Below the pieces are notes generated by a model. It had not been told where the DNA came from and did no database searches. It was given only the letters and a program-made list of their open reading frames with translations. A stretch of DNA of 33,054 nucleotides from Atractiella rhizophila (Eukaryota), in NCBI GenBank assembly GCA_021432655.1, contig MU271315.1, positions 62,001 through 95,054 on the forward strand, given 5' to 3'. The translations under genes were made by a program, and so were the position numbers. Below, piece by piece: positions 23,187 through 33,054 of the stretch; position 1 is the first letter of the stretch, and each line of letters starts with the position of its first letter.

Positions 23187-25832
23187 TCATGATGGCATCC
23201 CCCGTGTTCCTCTACCTCTACCTCGAGGCGGCGGTGGAGCAGTCATGGCAGGTACGGTCTGCAAGGAGCCCGTTTGTTCAGCAGAGGGCCCTGCACCTTT
23301 AGCCTGCGCTGGAACTGGAGTACCTCTTCCTCTTCCCACACCTCTCAGAGCGCCTCTTCCCGGTGGAGTCGCTCTACCCGACGGCGCACCTCTACCACCA
23401 GGAACAGGAGTGCCTGAACCCCTCCCGATCGGTTTCTTGGGTGCGAGAGCTTCGAGCCTTTCCTGCTCCTTCTTAACCCGCTCTTTATCCAAACGATCCT
23501 TCTCAGCTTCATCCCACCTCGCTAACAAGTATCCAATGTCGGGAGCGCAGAGATATTTCTTGTTTGTCTGACCCATCACGTACATCGCTCGTCGATGGGG
23601 TTTTGGTAAGGTCGAATCGGGTTCTGGTTCGTTGAGAGGGTTCACTACACTTTGTGGAGGGTCGATGATGGCGATTTCTTGGAGGAAAGAAGGGGGAGCA
23701 CCTGCAAGGATCTACATTTCCGAATAAGTCCAAGGTTGTGAGATAAGGGGGACGACGGACATCGTACTCCACCTCTCCTAGCTTAAGCCTTACCCTCCCA
23801 CTTCGACGAACAATCAGTTCTCCAATCTGCCCACCCTCCGTGCATCCGACTACTTCGGCTGCCTTCGCTCCTTTTCTGTCATTCCACGCTGCCCCGATGG
23901 CAAGCAAGTCAGCACGAGCAAAAAGCGTTACGGCATACATACATGTTCCGGCACCAAAGCCGAATGGGCCATCTTGTGGAGCATCAGGATCCTCCTTCTT
24001 AACGACGCCAGCCGTGCGAGTAAGGAAGGAGCTGGAGGGATCCGCGATCTGAGAGGGCGAGGCGAAAACTGGGAATTCACGAGGGAATTGAAAGATGTAC
24101 AACCTCTCAGAATTCGATTCCTTCACCCAAATTTCAATGCTAGGAGCTCTCAAGAAAGGGAGGGACGAACAGGAAGTACAAAATCGTCAGTTAGGTCCTC
24201 CTCCGTTTTTGGGGTTAACTTCTTTTCCTCATCGACATCCATTCCAGAAACAGTCGTTGCCCTCCTACTCGTCTCTTTTGAATCTATCTCCATCGCCTCT
24301 ATGCTCTTCTTCACCTCTTCTCCCATTACCAATGCAGGGGTCGCCGTCCCAGAACCTTGCCAGCTTCCGGTTCCCTCGTCCTCATCTTCGAGTTTCACCT
24401 CCATCTTTCTCATTTTCTCGGCTCGCTCTTGTTCCCTCTTAGCCGCTTTCCGTGTTTCTCGATCTCTCATCTTCTCAGGATCAGGAGGAAGAACCATAGG
24501 TGCCATCTCATCTTCGTCACCAATCTCGTCCAAGTCTACCACGTTCGGAACTCGCCTCCTGGTCGTCCGCTCATCATCTTCCTCTGCATCGGAATATCCG
24601 GAATAGTCCGATTTGTATTCATCCGAATCCGCCTCTCCGATCTTCGACGGTGCAGACATGCCAACTCCGAACGCTATACCTCGAGGCGTAGAGCGACCGC
24701 TGCCTGAACAAATCAAGTAAATCACCATCATCTAGGAATGGGAGAAGAGAGACGTACCGCCCATCAATGGCCCTTGCGCCATCGGTCCACTAGCGGTCAT
24801 GACGATTTCCCCCCGTCCTCTTCCCCTCCCTCTCCCCCTCGAAGCATCGAAGTCCCCCCTACCACGCCCACGATCACGATCGCCTTCCGTTCTCCCCCTC
24901 CCGCGCTCTCCTCGTCCTCGTCCTCTCCCGCGCTCTCGAGAATCGTGCGAGCCGAATGCCGTATCTTCCTAAGGAGCGATAGACCCCTTCGGACCTTGTT
25001 GAGCAGCTAGGTGGAAGGAGGACGTACACGTTTGACGGAAGGTCTATAAAGAAGGTCGGTCAGGTTGCGTTCCTATAACGACAAAGTTGAGTTCAAGACT
25101 CCACTCCAACTTCAAAAACAAACAGCAACCTAGAAATGTGTTTTAGAAAATATGTAGATCCATCCAGGTCATCACCCCAAGAACCGCCCTGCTCCCCTTC
25201 CTACAGAGAGAGAAGGGCTCTAAAGGCAATGGTTTGTACAGGATCCTTCCAATCAATGGAGTTCGCTCTTGCGCTCCGTCTGGTCGGCAACAGCGTGTGC
25301 CCTAGTTCTTCTCGTGGAAGAAAGGACAGAGTGCCAGGCCGGAATTAAGAAACGCGATGCAGCAGCATGTTCTCTCTAAGTCATTTGTATGCCTCAGCAA
25401 GATAAACTCCTTCTTTCTGACACAATTGAATCAGCAGTTTTGGAGCATAACCAAGGGATAACTAGTTTGATTGTCATGTCTGGTACGTGATGTAAAATAA
25501 ACCTGACGAACTCTCGCCCTTCTCAAACCTGCAGAAAAGACGAAGAGTAAGATGCAAGAAACTGCTCACCCCTCTCCGCTTCCACTAGCCTCCACCCCTT
25601 TCCCCGCCTCACTCTGTTGCAAGGCCAGTTTCCTAACCACCATATTCGGCATGAACTTCATCCTCGTCGTCCCCACTCTGCTCGGCTGCCCTGCCATCGA
25701 AGTGATGGGAGCGTTAAGCAGGGCTGAAGTCCCCGTTGGCGCTGGACCTGACGTTGGAGTCGCCGTCCCTGATGTTGAGCCTGAAGGTGTGGGACGCCCG
25801 CGACCGCGTCCGCGGGGCTGAGGAGCTGACAT
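23187..25832 (-). CDS. RPC4: RNA polymerase III subunit C4 (Rpc53/POLR3D)
   Basis: RMKFMPN, MTASGPMAQGP, LYIFQFPREFP, GQIGELIVRRSGRVRLKLGEVEYDV, YVMGQTNKKYLCAPDI; 16-nt microexon at 25028-25043. Confidence 0.9.
25150..25357 (-). ncRNA. Intronic box H/ACA snoRNA, predicted guide for LSU rRNA Psi2975 (yeast numbering; snR42 target)
   Basis: 3' hairpin with lower stem GGAUCC/GGAUCU, upper stem CAUUGCCUUUAGAGCC/GGUUCUUGGGGUGAUG, ACA 14 nt below the pocket top; guides ACCUG and GUACAAAC pair with rRNA CAGGU-U-A-GUUUUAC; 5' hairpin GCGUUUC/GGAGCGC followed by a degenerate H box AGAGCG. Confidence 0.8.
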
Positions 25833-26040
25833 CTTTTGGGAGAGAAGTCGCAAAGCAGGACCTGGAAAAATCAAAATCTGGCTCAAGGCCTGGGGGCGAG
25901 AATGACTGCTTGAGGGGTATGAAAATTATTCAACGATCGATCGGCCACCAGATTCAAGTCAAGCTCGAGTCGAAGTGTCGGGGAGAAAACCAGCCACGAT
26001 AAATAGGAACGATTATTAGGATTGTGATTAGGGAGTTAAA

Positions 26041-26776
26041 ATGTCTATTCCAGCTAATTTTGATGCCGCCAATGCTCCAAACCATGCAGACGTGAGTTCC
26101 TTCTCCAGGGTTGTGAAGACTGTTTGTGGTTTTCTCATTTGGGACCAAAGATTGAGAAGCAGTTTGCTGTCAAGTGTGTCGAATACGCCGAGGTGTATGA
26201 AGAGCTATTGCAGAAGCTCCCACCTCACACTTTGAAACTGACACGGTGACTCTTCTTCCTAGATTGTTGCAGACAGGGTATTGAGGAGGGGAGAAGGTAG
26301 ACATGATGACGAAATCTACTCTGCACTCAAGGAAAAGTTCCCCGAGATTGCTGAGAACAGAGACGGGAAGTTGCAGACGGTAGATGAGGAGGATATGAAG
26401 AGTAAGGAGGGGAAGGAGAAGTGGAGAGATTTCATGAAACCTTTTGAGAAAAGTTAGTCATCGTTTCCTCCTCCCCACTGTTCCCAGTCTCCTCAAACGA
26501 GAATTAAACTCACAAGTGGCTTGGTTGCGGTTGCGGTGTAGAGGTGCAGGATTGGAATTTCGGAACGTTGCTCAAGAAAGACTGCAAAGCCGGATTCACC
26601 GAAACAAACACGATCTTCGGTGAGCATTTACTCTTTTTTTTTATCTCTCTTTCTGCCCAGGAAGCGCGGATGTTGAAGTGAGATGTGGTACAGTGCTCAG
26701 ACTACAGTTCCTTGCCTTTGAGATCGCTCGTAATCGGACAGGGCTTAACGATCGCAGCCCCTCCACAGCTTCTTGA
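26041..26776 (+). CDS. PBDC1: PBDC1/YPL225W family protein, 5 exons
   Basis: NHAD|IEKQFAVKCVE, LKLTR|HDDEIY, MKSKEGKEKWRDFM, DWNFGTLL, RLQFLAFEIARNRTGLND. Confidence 0.92.
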
Positions 26777-27393
26777 CCCACCATCGAGCGAACTTGAACT
26801 GCTGGAGGATGTACGGCGGATATGTACCTTTTTACGAGGAGCAGCATATTGTATCGGAAATGGAAAGAATGAGAATATTGTTGTCCTGTGTCCCTCCCAC
26901 TTCCTAAGCTCGCTTTTCATCAAACTCTGCTGTACTTCTCCCAGTTGGCTTGGATACGCAATTCGTACAGTATAGTACCTGAGAGGTTTAGCGAGACGGC
27001 AAACGGAACATATCAATTCGAGCACACAGTAATAATAACTTGTTCTTTCGTCTGCTTCTTTCCGGATGGAGCCGTTTTTGAAACGGGAGCAACCAAGTTC
27101 CCAGTACGATTCCAATGCTTGGAACATGGAAGGAAGGGATACATTCCGGCGACGCAGTGAGAGCTTACGCCCGCTTTGAGAGGTATAAAAGCTTGAGGCC
27201 CTTTGTTCCTGTCAAGTTCCTTTGAGCCTTTGCGTCCATTCTTTCCAGTACAAGTTCGGCATAATAGAAAAATTAGCAACAGAATACCAATCGAAGACGT
27301 GATATTCTTTCGCTTTCCTAAGGTGATTCTACTCAGGAGTCGCTTGGAGACTGTTCTGACGGTACCTTAGTAAGGAAGATAGAGCATTCTGTG

Positions 27394-29211
27394 ATGTCTT
27401 CCACTGCGACGGCCACTCGAACGTTTACCACTTCCTCATTGACGTCGGCCGAACAACTTCGCACAACCGCAACTTCAGCCTCAACCAACAGCCTCAACCG
27501 TCGAGAGCCCACCCACGCCAGTTCTGGTTCGACCAACAGCTCCTCCAGACCGTCAACCCCGCCTGAGTCTCGCTACCACTCGTCTGAGTCGTCCGTCCAG
27601 GAATCCCTCTTTTCGCCCACGTCAATCTCCAGAGTTTCCTCACCCCTCCCAAGTCCGACCTCCCTCAAAGGCTTCGGTGTCGGTGGCATCAACTACATCA
27701 CTGTACCGACTGGAAACAGCATTGGATTCGGCGGAAAGATGTCGACAAAGCAGTTGAGCGAAGAGGAGGAGCTTCAAAGCTTTTTAAAGAAGGATGAGAG
27801 GCAGAGAGCAGAAGCTGGTTTACCGTTGCCTGCTACAGCACAGGAGAAGGAATCCAACTGGGGATTGGGAGGAGCTTTACCTATTCTGAGTTATTGTGTG
27901 GCGAGCATCATGATGACTGTCATTAACAAGGTAGGTCCGATCCCCCTTTTCTTATACAATGGGGATGAGGTAGCTCACTGGCTCTCGCAACATCAGTTCG
28001 TCGTCTCTGGGAGAGACTTCAACATGATTTTTCTGCTTTGTGCCATCCAGTCGGCAGTCTGCGTTGTCTGTGTAGTAGCAGCAAAACGGTTAAAGGTCCG
28101 TTCATTGACCTTGTCGCCAGAAATATCTCACAATTGACACAGTTCGTCTCGTTTCGAGATTTCGACAAAGAGGATGCACGACGGTGGATGCCTGTTTCTC
28201 TTCTTCTCGTGGGAGTGATATACACCTCTAGCAAGAGTTTGGTGTGGTTTCTCCTCTGTGGCAGTGGGGTGTGCGTTAACGTGAGATGTGGAGCGCAGCA
28301 ATTCCTTCGGATACCAGTGTATACAATCTTCAAGAACCTCACTACCATCCTTATCGCTTATGGAGAGGTGATTTGGTTTGGAGGCGAAGTCACCGGACTC
28401 GCGCTCGCCAGTTTCTGCCTCATGGTCCTCTCATCCTTCATCGCTGCTTGGTCAGATATCACGGACGCCATCGCGTCCTTTTCCTCCTCCACTGCTGCCA
28501 CCTTAGATCCCACCACGTCGACTGAAGCACTTCAATCGTCCTCGAGATATCTCGAGCTTGTACGAGCGGTGGGGAACCTCAATTCAGGCTACATTTGGGT
28601 CATGGTGAATTGCATCGTCTCCGCAAGTTATGTCCTCTTTATGCGTAAGAGGATAAAGACGACTGGATTCAAGGTCCGTTCTTCCCATCATACATTTCTC
28701 GCTAATTCTGAGATCCGTGTTATGATAGGATTGGGACACGATGTTCTATAACAACCTTCTCTCCATCCCCTTCCTCGTTGTCTTCTCCTTCCTCTTTGAA
28801 TCATACTCCTCCGAAAACCTCCACAAAAACTTTCCCACGGAATCCGGGAACACCCTCATGACCCTCATCATCGTCTCTGGAATGGGAGCCGCCTTCATCT
28901 CGTATTGCACGGCTTGGTGCGTCCGAACAACGAGCTCGACCACTTTCAGCATGACGGGAGCTCTCAATAAACTCCCAGTAGCCGCTAGCGGCATGATCTT
29001 CTTTGGCGACCCAGTAACGGTTGGCTCCGTCAGCGCCGTGTCGACAGGTTTCGTTGCCGGTATTGTGTTTGCGATCGCGAAACAAAACCAAGCGAGGGCA
29101 ACCAGACTCCGTTCGTCCTTCCCTTCTTCAGCGTTAAAGTAGACTGAGGATGTTTCTTGTGTTGCAGGAACAGCAAATGGAGGGATTGAGATGGGATCGA
29201 GACCGCGATAG
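27394..29211 (+). CDS. VRG4: Golgi GDP-mannose transporter (VRG4/GMT family) with long Ser-rich N-terminus
   Basis: [60 protein letters not shown] (GALNK motif). Confidence 0.93.
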
Positions 29212-30155
29212 TAGTTGTTGTGACTTTGGGGAGGTTTAGACTTTCAAAAAAGACTTCGAGTTTCTCGCGTGGTACAGATTAGACCTCACTTTAGCTACAT
29301 TCCCTTTCTTTAGGATACCTCTATGTTCTGGTGGTTCTCGTTGGTCGACTTGTTGAGCCAGTACATATTCCAATCCGCCTTCCGTCAATAATACGTTTGG
29401 ATCTTTATCACCCCAAAGGATGGACAGATTTTAGATTCAAAATGGACTTGCACGCTTTCCTTACCTCTAGACCACCTGACACTTCGTCTCACAGTCTTCA
29501 GTCCATTTGTCAACATCCACTTCACATTCGCATTCAGGGCTTTCTGTCGTTCGTTACAATCTATTCAATCTCGTCCTTCCTTAAAATCTCTTTCTGTCAA
29601 AAATGGACTTGTCGATGTCGTTCTAGACTTCTGTAGTTTTCTGGGATGTGCTGAGGTAGCTCACATACGGTCCATAGATTTGGAAGCAACATGCTTAAAC
29701 CCACATTATTCATGCAGTTCCACTGTTGATGAGTTTATTTGATATTTGAAATCAACATGATTGCCTTTTTGGGAGAATGATACATTGGTCCATTGGTCCG
29801 CAGCAACTTGCACAAACAAGCGATCGTCTGGAGAGAACAACGCTGTGAATTACTGATTGCCGATTCGAGCCTGCTTTAAGCAGAATTTTGATATAAACAG
29901 CGGGCTCAAGTGAGTATTCTTCGTTGGTTTCATTCTTCAACTGGTATTCTGTCTGTTCCAGAATGCCTGCTTGTTGTCGCAATTTACAGACAAAACATTG
30001 TCATGCAGATATGTCATAAACAAACGCATATCTCGATACAAATGTGGTATTAGATATCTCAAGCATCTGGCCAGGCAAGATAGCCATGGCCATGGACGTG
30101 ACAACAACTCACAATATATTGACAGAACATTGGTTTCATAGGTCATAACGGAACA

Positions 30156-31825
30156 ATGTCGGACACTTCGTCTCCTCTATCTTCCGTCGCCTCGTCACCT
30201 CCCGAATCCGAGCAAGAGGAAATTGAAGGATCCGCTTCTCCCCTTCCTCCAACATCGGCGACGACACGGCCCCAAACCCCTTCACCAACTCCCTCAGAAC
30301 AGTCGTCTGACTCAGGAACGACTGGCGCTCGAGGGAAGAAACGAGCGCGAGATGAAGACGACGAAAGTTACGACGAGGGACAGACGAAGAAGAAGTCCCA
30401 GTCTGTTAAAAAGAAACGACAGCTTGCGCCGTCGACAGATGAGGAGAGTGCTGAGGAAACGATTCCGAATAAGGCGAAGGAAACGCTGACCAGCAACAGA
30501 AAGACTGCTCCAGGATCGAAGAACCAGCCACACAAAGCAGGTGCCGCTACCTCCACCATGAAGAAAACGTCTTCTGTCGGTGCTGCTGCGACTAAATCTA
30601 TATCAAAACCGAACACACCTTCCGCTTCCAACTCTCTGCACCACACGCAGAAAAAGTCTTCTCTCGCTCCTGCTACTGCATCGAAAGACAAGGCATCTCT
30701 GCCGTCACATCAAGCTCTCCCCCTCCGTTCGTCCAACCTGGCCAAGCGCTCTCCCAATCCAACTACTACAAAACTACCTTCGACAACTGTCGCAGGCGCG
30801 AAACCTACTCCTTTCCCTTCAGCTCGTTCCCTTCCGTCAGCCAAACCAAAACCGTCTCAATCAGGTCTCTCAGCCGCTATGCAAGCAACTGCTAAGAAAC
30901 CACCTGTCAAGAGTTCGATGGATATGCAAAATGTGGATGTTTTCGAATCCCTTTTCAATTTTGGACCTGCTAAATCATCACCGAAACCACATCCGACTAC
31001 TCCTTCTGCAGCAGCTCGAGCAGCAGATAGGGAACGGGAACGGGGGGACACCAAATCCCGTCTGAGAGAAGGAATTTCTACAGTCGCGGCCGCCAGCAAC
31101 GACCAAATGGAGGTGGATGCGATGAAGCCGAGCGAGAAATCGGAGAACGCAAGGAATCAGGAAACGGAGACAGCTCAAATTTCTCCTTCCAAACCTGCAG
31201 ACCCTCCGAAATACGACCAAACCACGGCAGACTTGAACGCCATCAAGATATCAGTATGGAATTTTGGCTACATTTTGAGCTCTGCTAACATTGGCCCATA
31301 TGTGGTTCTAGAAAGTGAAATCCGCTCCTGCAATAGCAGAGAAACCACAGCGAAGACAAGAAGCGGAGTTTACTACGCAACAGAAACTGTATGCCCAACC
31401 CACCTCCTTCCCCTATGACAACTTTGGCTCAATCTTTGGACTAACAGGGATAAGCTCTACTCTGGTATTCCACAGGCTGCAACCAAAGACTTGCTGCAGA
31501 CAACCCGAAGAGAAGCTCGTCAACTGCATGAAGAACTCAAGGTATGCTTGCTCTGCTCTGCATTTCTCCTGCCGTCAGGTTGAACAAAGTCCAGAACGGC
31601 TCGTTGGATTTAATGCGCATGCCGATGGAGATGGCCCAACTAGAGGAAGAGTTTAAAACTTACCTGAGGGGATTGCATGACCCTCTCCCCACTGGAACCT
31701 TTGGAATTCAGATTCTGAAGGGAATTGGGAGGGACGGAGATGGCCAGCGTGGGGGATATGATCACGAATACGGCTATGGCAAACAAGGGAGAGATAGCAG
31801 AGGGAGAGACCCTTGGACAGCTTGA
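30156..31825 (+). CDS. Uncharacterised low-complexity Ser/Pro/Lys-rich protein, likely nuclear
   Basis: First exon of about 1.1 kb with basic clusters (GKKRAR, KKKRQ) plus short GT-AG-linked exons ending GRDPWTA*. Confidence 0.7.
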
Positions 31826-31997
31826 TGTAATTTCCCATTATCCTATTTGCCGCTCCGTCTAAGGTTGGATGATAAACATTTGGTCAACAGAAACTGATAT
31901 AGCTCCCTCACAGTTAGACTGCCTCGGTACTACGCCGAATAAATATCACACATATTGAATAACATCGCAGGCAAACACGGGGCGACATAAGGGCACG

Positions 31998-33054
31998 CTA
32001 CACTAACGCAGCGGCTCCTGCAACTATGAGGGCAGCAGCTTGAAGCGGAAGCGAAGTAATCGTGACAGGCCTTCGCAAAGATCAGTGGTGTGTGTGACAA
32101 TGAAATATCTCACCTATCACTAGAAGCACCAGATCCACTACTCCCCTGACCACCCCCCGATCCAGGGTTTGTCAGGCCCGGCGTAGAAATGACAGCTTTT
32201 GTCGTGCTGTTGAGCACCCATTGGATGCTAGTTGAGGATTATCGGATGGAGAAGGCAAGTCTATTCAGAAATAACCCACCCATTAAGAATATGGTTTTGG
32301 TATGTTTGATTTTGCCATGTACTGATTTCGTGCCTGATAAGTGAGTGTCAGGCCGTCTCTGATATCGAAACACATTGATATCACATACCCGAGGCTGGTA
32401 TACCACATTCTTCCTTTAAAGGTCCCTTCGTTCCCGTTGGTGTTAACAAGATCTAGACCTTGCTGATTCCCATCTCTGAACCATGCGATTGGGTGGGGTG
32501 TCCCTTGAATCTGGTCTTCCTGAGCTGCGGTATGTGTTGTCGTATCGTTGTATGAAGCTGGGTCGACGCTCATGATGACCGTCACGTCATTGTCTCGGGG
32601 ATTCGAGCGAAAGTAATAGACTTCCTCGGTGAAGGTCCATCGAGCAGGAAGGGACGCTGTAGAAGGGTGCGAGACGTTTAGAGGGATAAAGGTCTATCGC
32701 AAAGGCGTGAAGTGAATTATCAGACAGGTCAGAGCCAGCGCTCCAGCAACGGGGGACTTACAGCAGGCTGCAAATCTGGATGATAATCAAAGAAAGCTCC
32801 AAACGCCTTGCCATAGAACGAAGTGTTGAACAAGGCAGCAGTAGCTGAATGTATCCCAATGAGATTTCCTCCACTCGTCAGATAGCTGAACAAGTTGTCC
32901 TTCCCGTCTGAGTCCAAAATTTCGTCCGAATTGTGTAAAAATACTAGAGCGTCAAAATTGAGGAGGTTAGATAGAGCGAAGTCCGCTGGATCCTCTGAGA
33001 ATGTGCAATTGATCTTTGGACTCATTTGCCCAAGAAAAGACTGAGCTGCTGGGA
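31998..33054 (-). CDS. ThuA-like (trehalose utilization / class I GATase-like) protein with GPI-type C-terminus; 5' end outside the window
   Basis: GGNLIGIHSA, GAFFDYHP, EEVYYFRSNPR, PHPIAW, GRMWYTSLG; Ser/Gly tail then hydrophobic LQAAALIVAGAAALV*. Confidence 0.85.

Noticed and set aside
25229..25235. AAACCAU resembling the snR30/U17 m2 motif
   Set aside because: It lies on the 5' side of the hairpin with no m1 motif, and is explained as the guide strand plus upper stem
16057..25569. Two long first introns of near-equal size (529 and 526 bp) as copies of one mobile element
   Set aside because: No shared sequence or terminal repeats seen
29300..30150. AT-rich intergenic region with repeated AAAATGGACTTG and short ORFs
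   Set aside because: No transposase, TIR or LTR signal, and the repeat is too short to interpret
8618..31220. Numerous antisense and alternate-frame ORFs in the track
   Set aside because: They are shadows of real spliced genes or of low-complexity sequence
1..33054. CRISPR arrays, tRNA/rRNA genes, transposon ORFs, TGA-CTA readthrough PTS1 extensions
   Set aside because: None seen

Overview
Gene-dense fungal (basidiomycete-type) genomic DNA with many short introns of about 45-60 bp. Contents in order: the 3' end of a P5B-type ATPase (YPK9/ATP13A-like), followed by a 5'-truncated 3.9-kb tandem duplicate; CTNNBL1 (-) head-to-head with ARPC3 (+); two tandem peroxisomal long-chain alcohol oxidases (GMC family, ending AKL); a divergent alginate-lyase-family gene (-); an ECH1-like dienoyl-CoA isomerase (ending AKL); a PASK/PIM-like kinase; MED27 (-); RPC4 (-); PBDC1/YPL225W (+); a GDP-mannose transporter; an unknown low-complexity protein; and a GPI-tailed ThuA-like gene (-). 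Two first introns are about ten times the normal length. The RPC4 one holds an H/ACA snoRNA whose 3' pocket matches the LSU rRNA site equivalent to yeast Psi2975 (snR42 target), and the lyase one holds a weaker H/ACA-like candidate. Other oddities: loss of the lyase NNH histidine, almost purely synonymous divergence of the truncated ATPase copy, and three candidate GC-AG introns. All gene models were spliced by eye and no searches were run.
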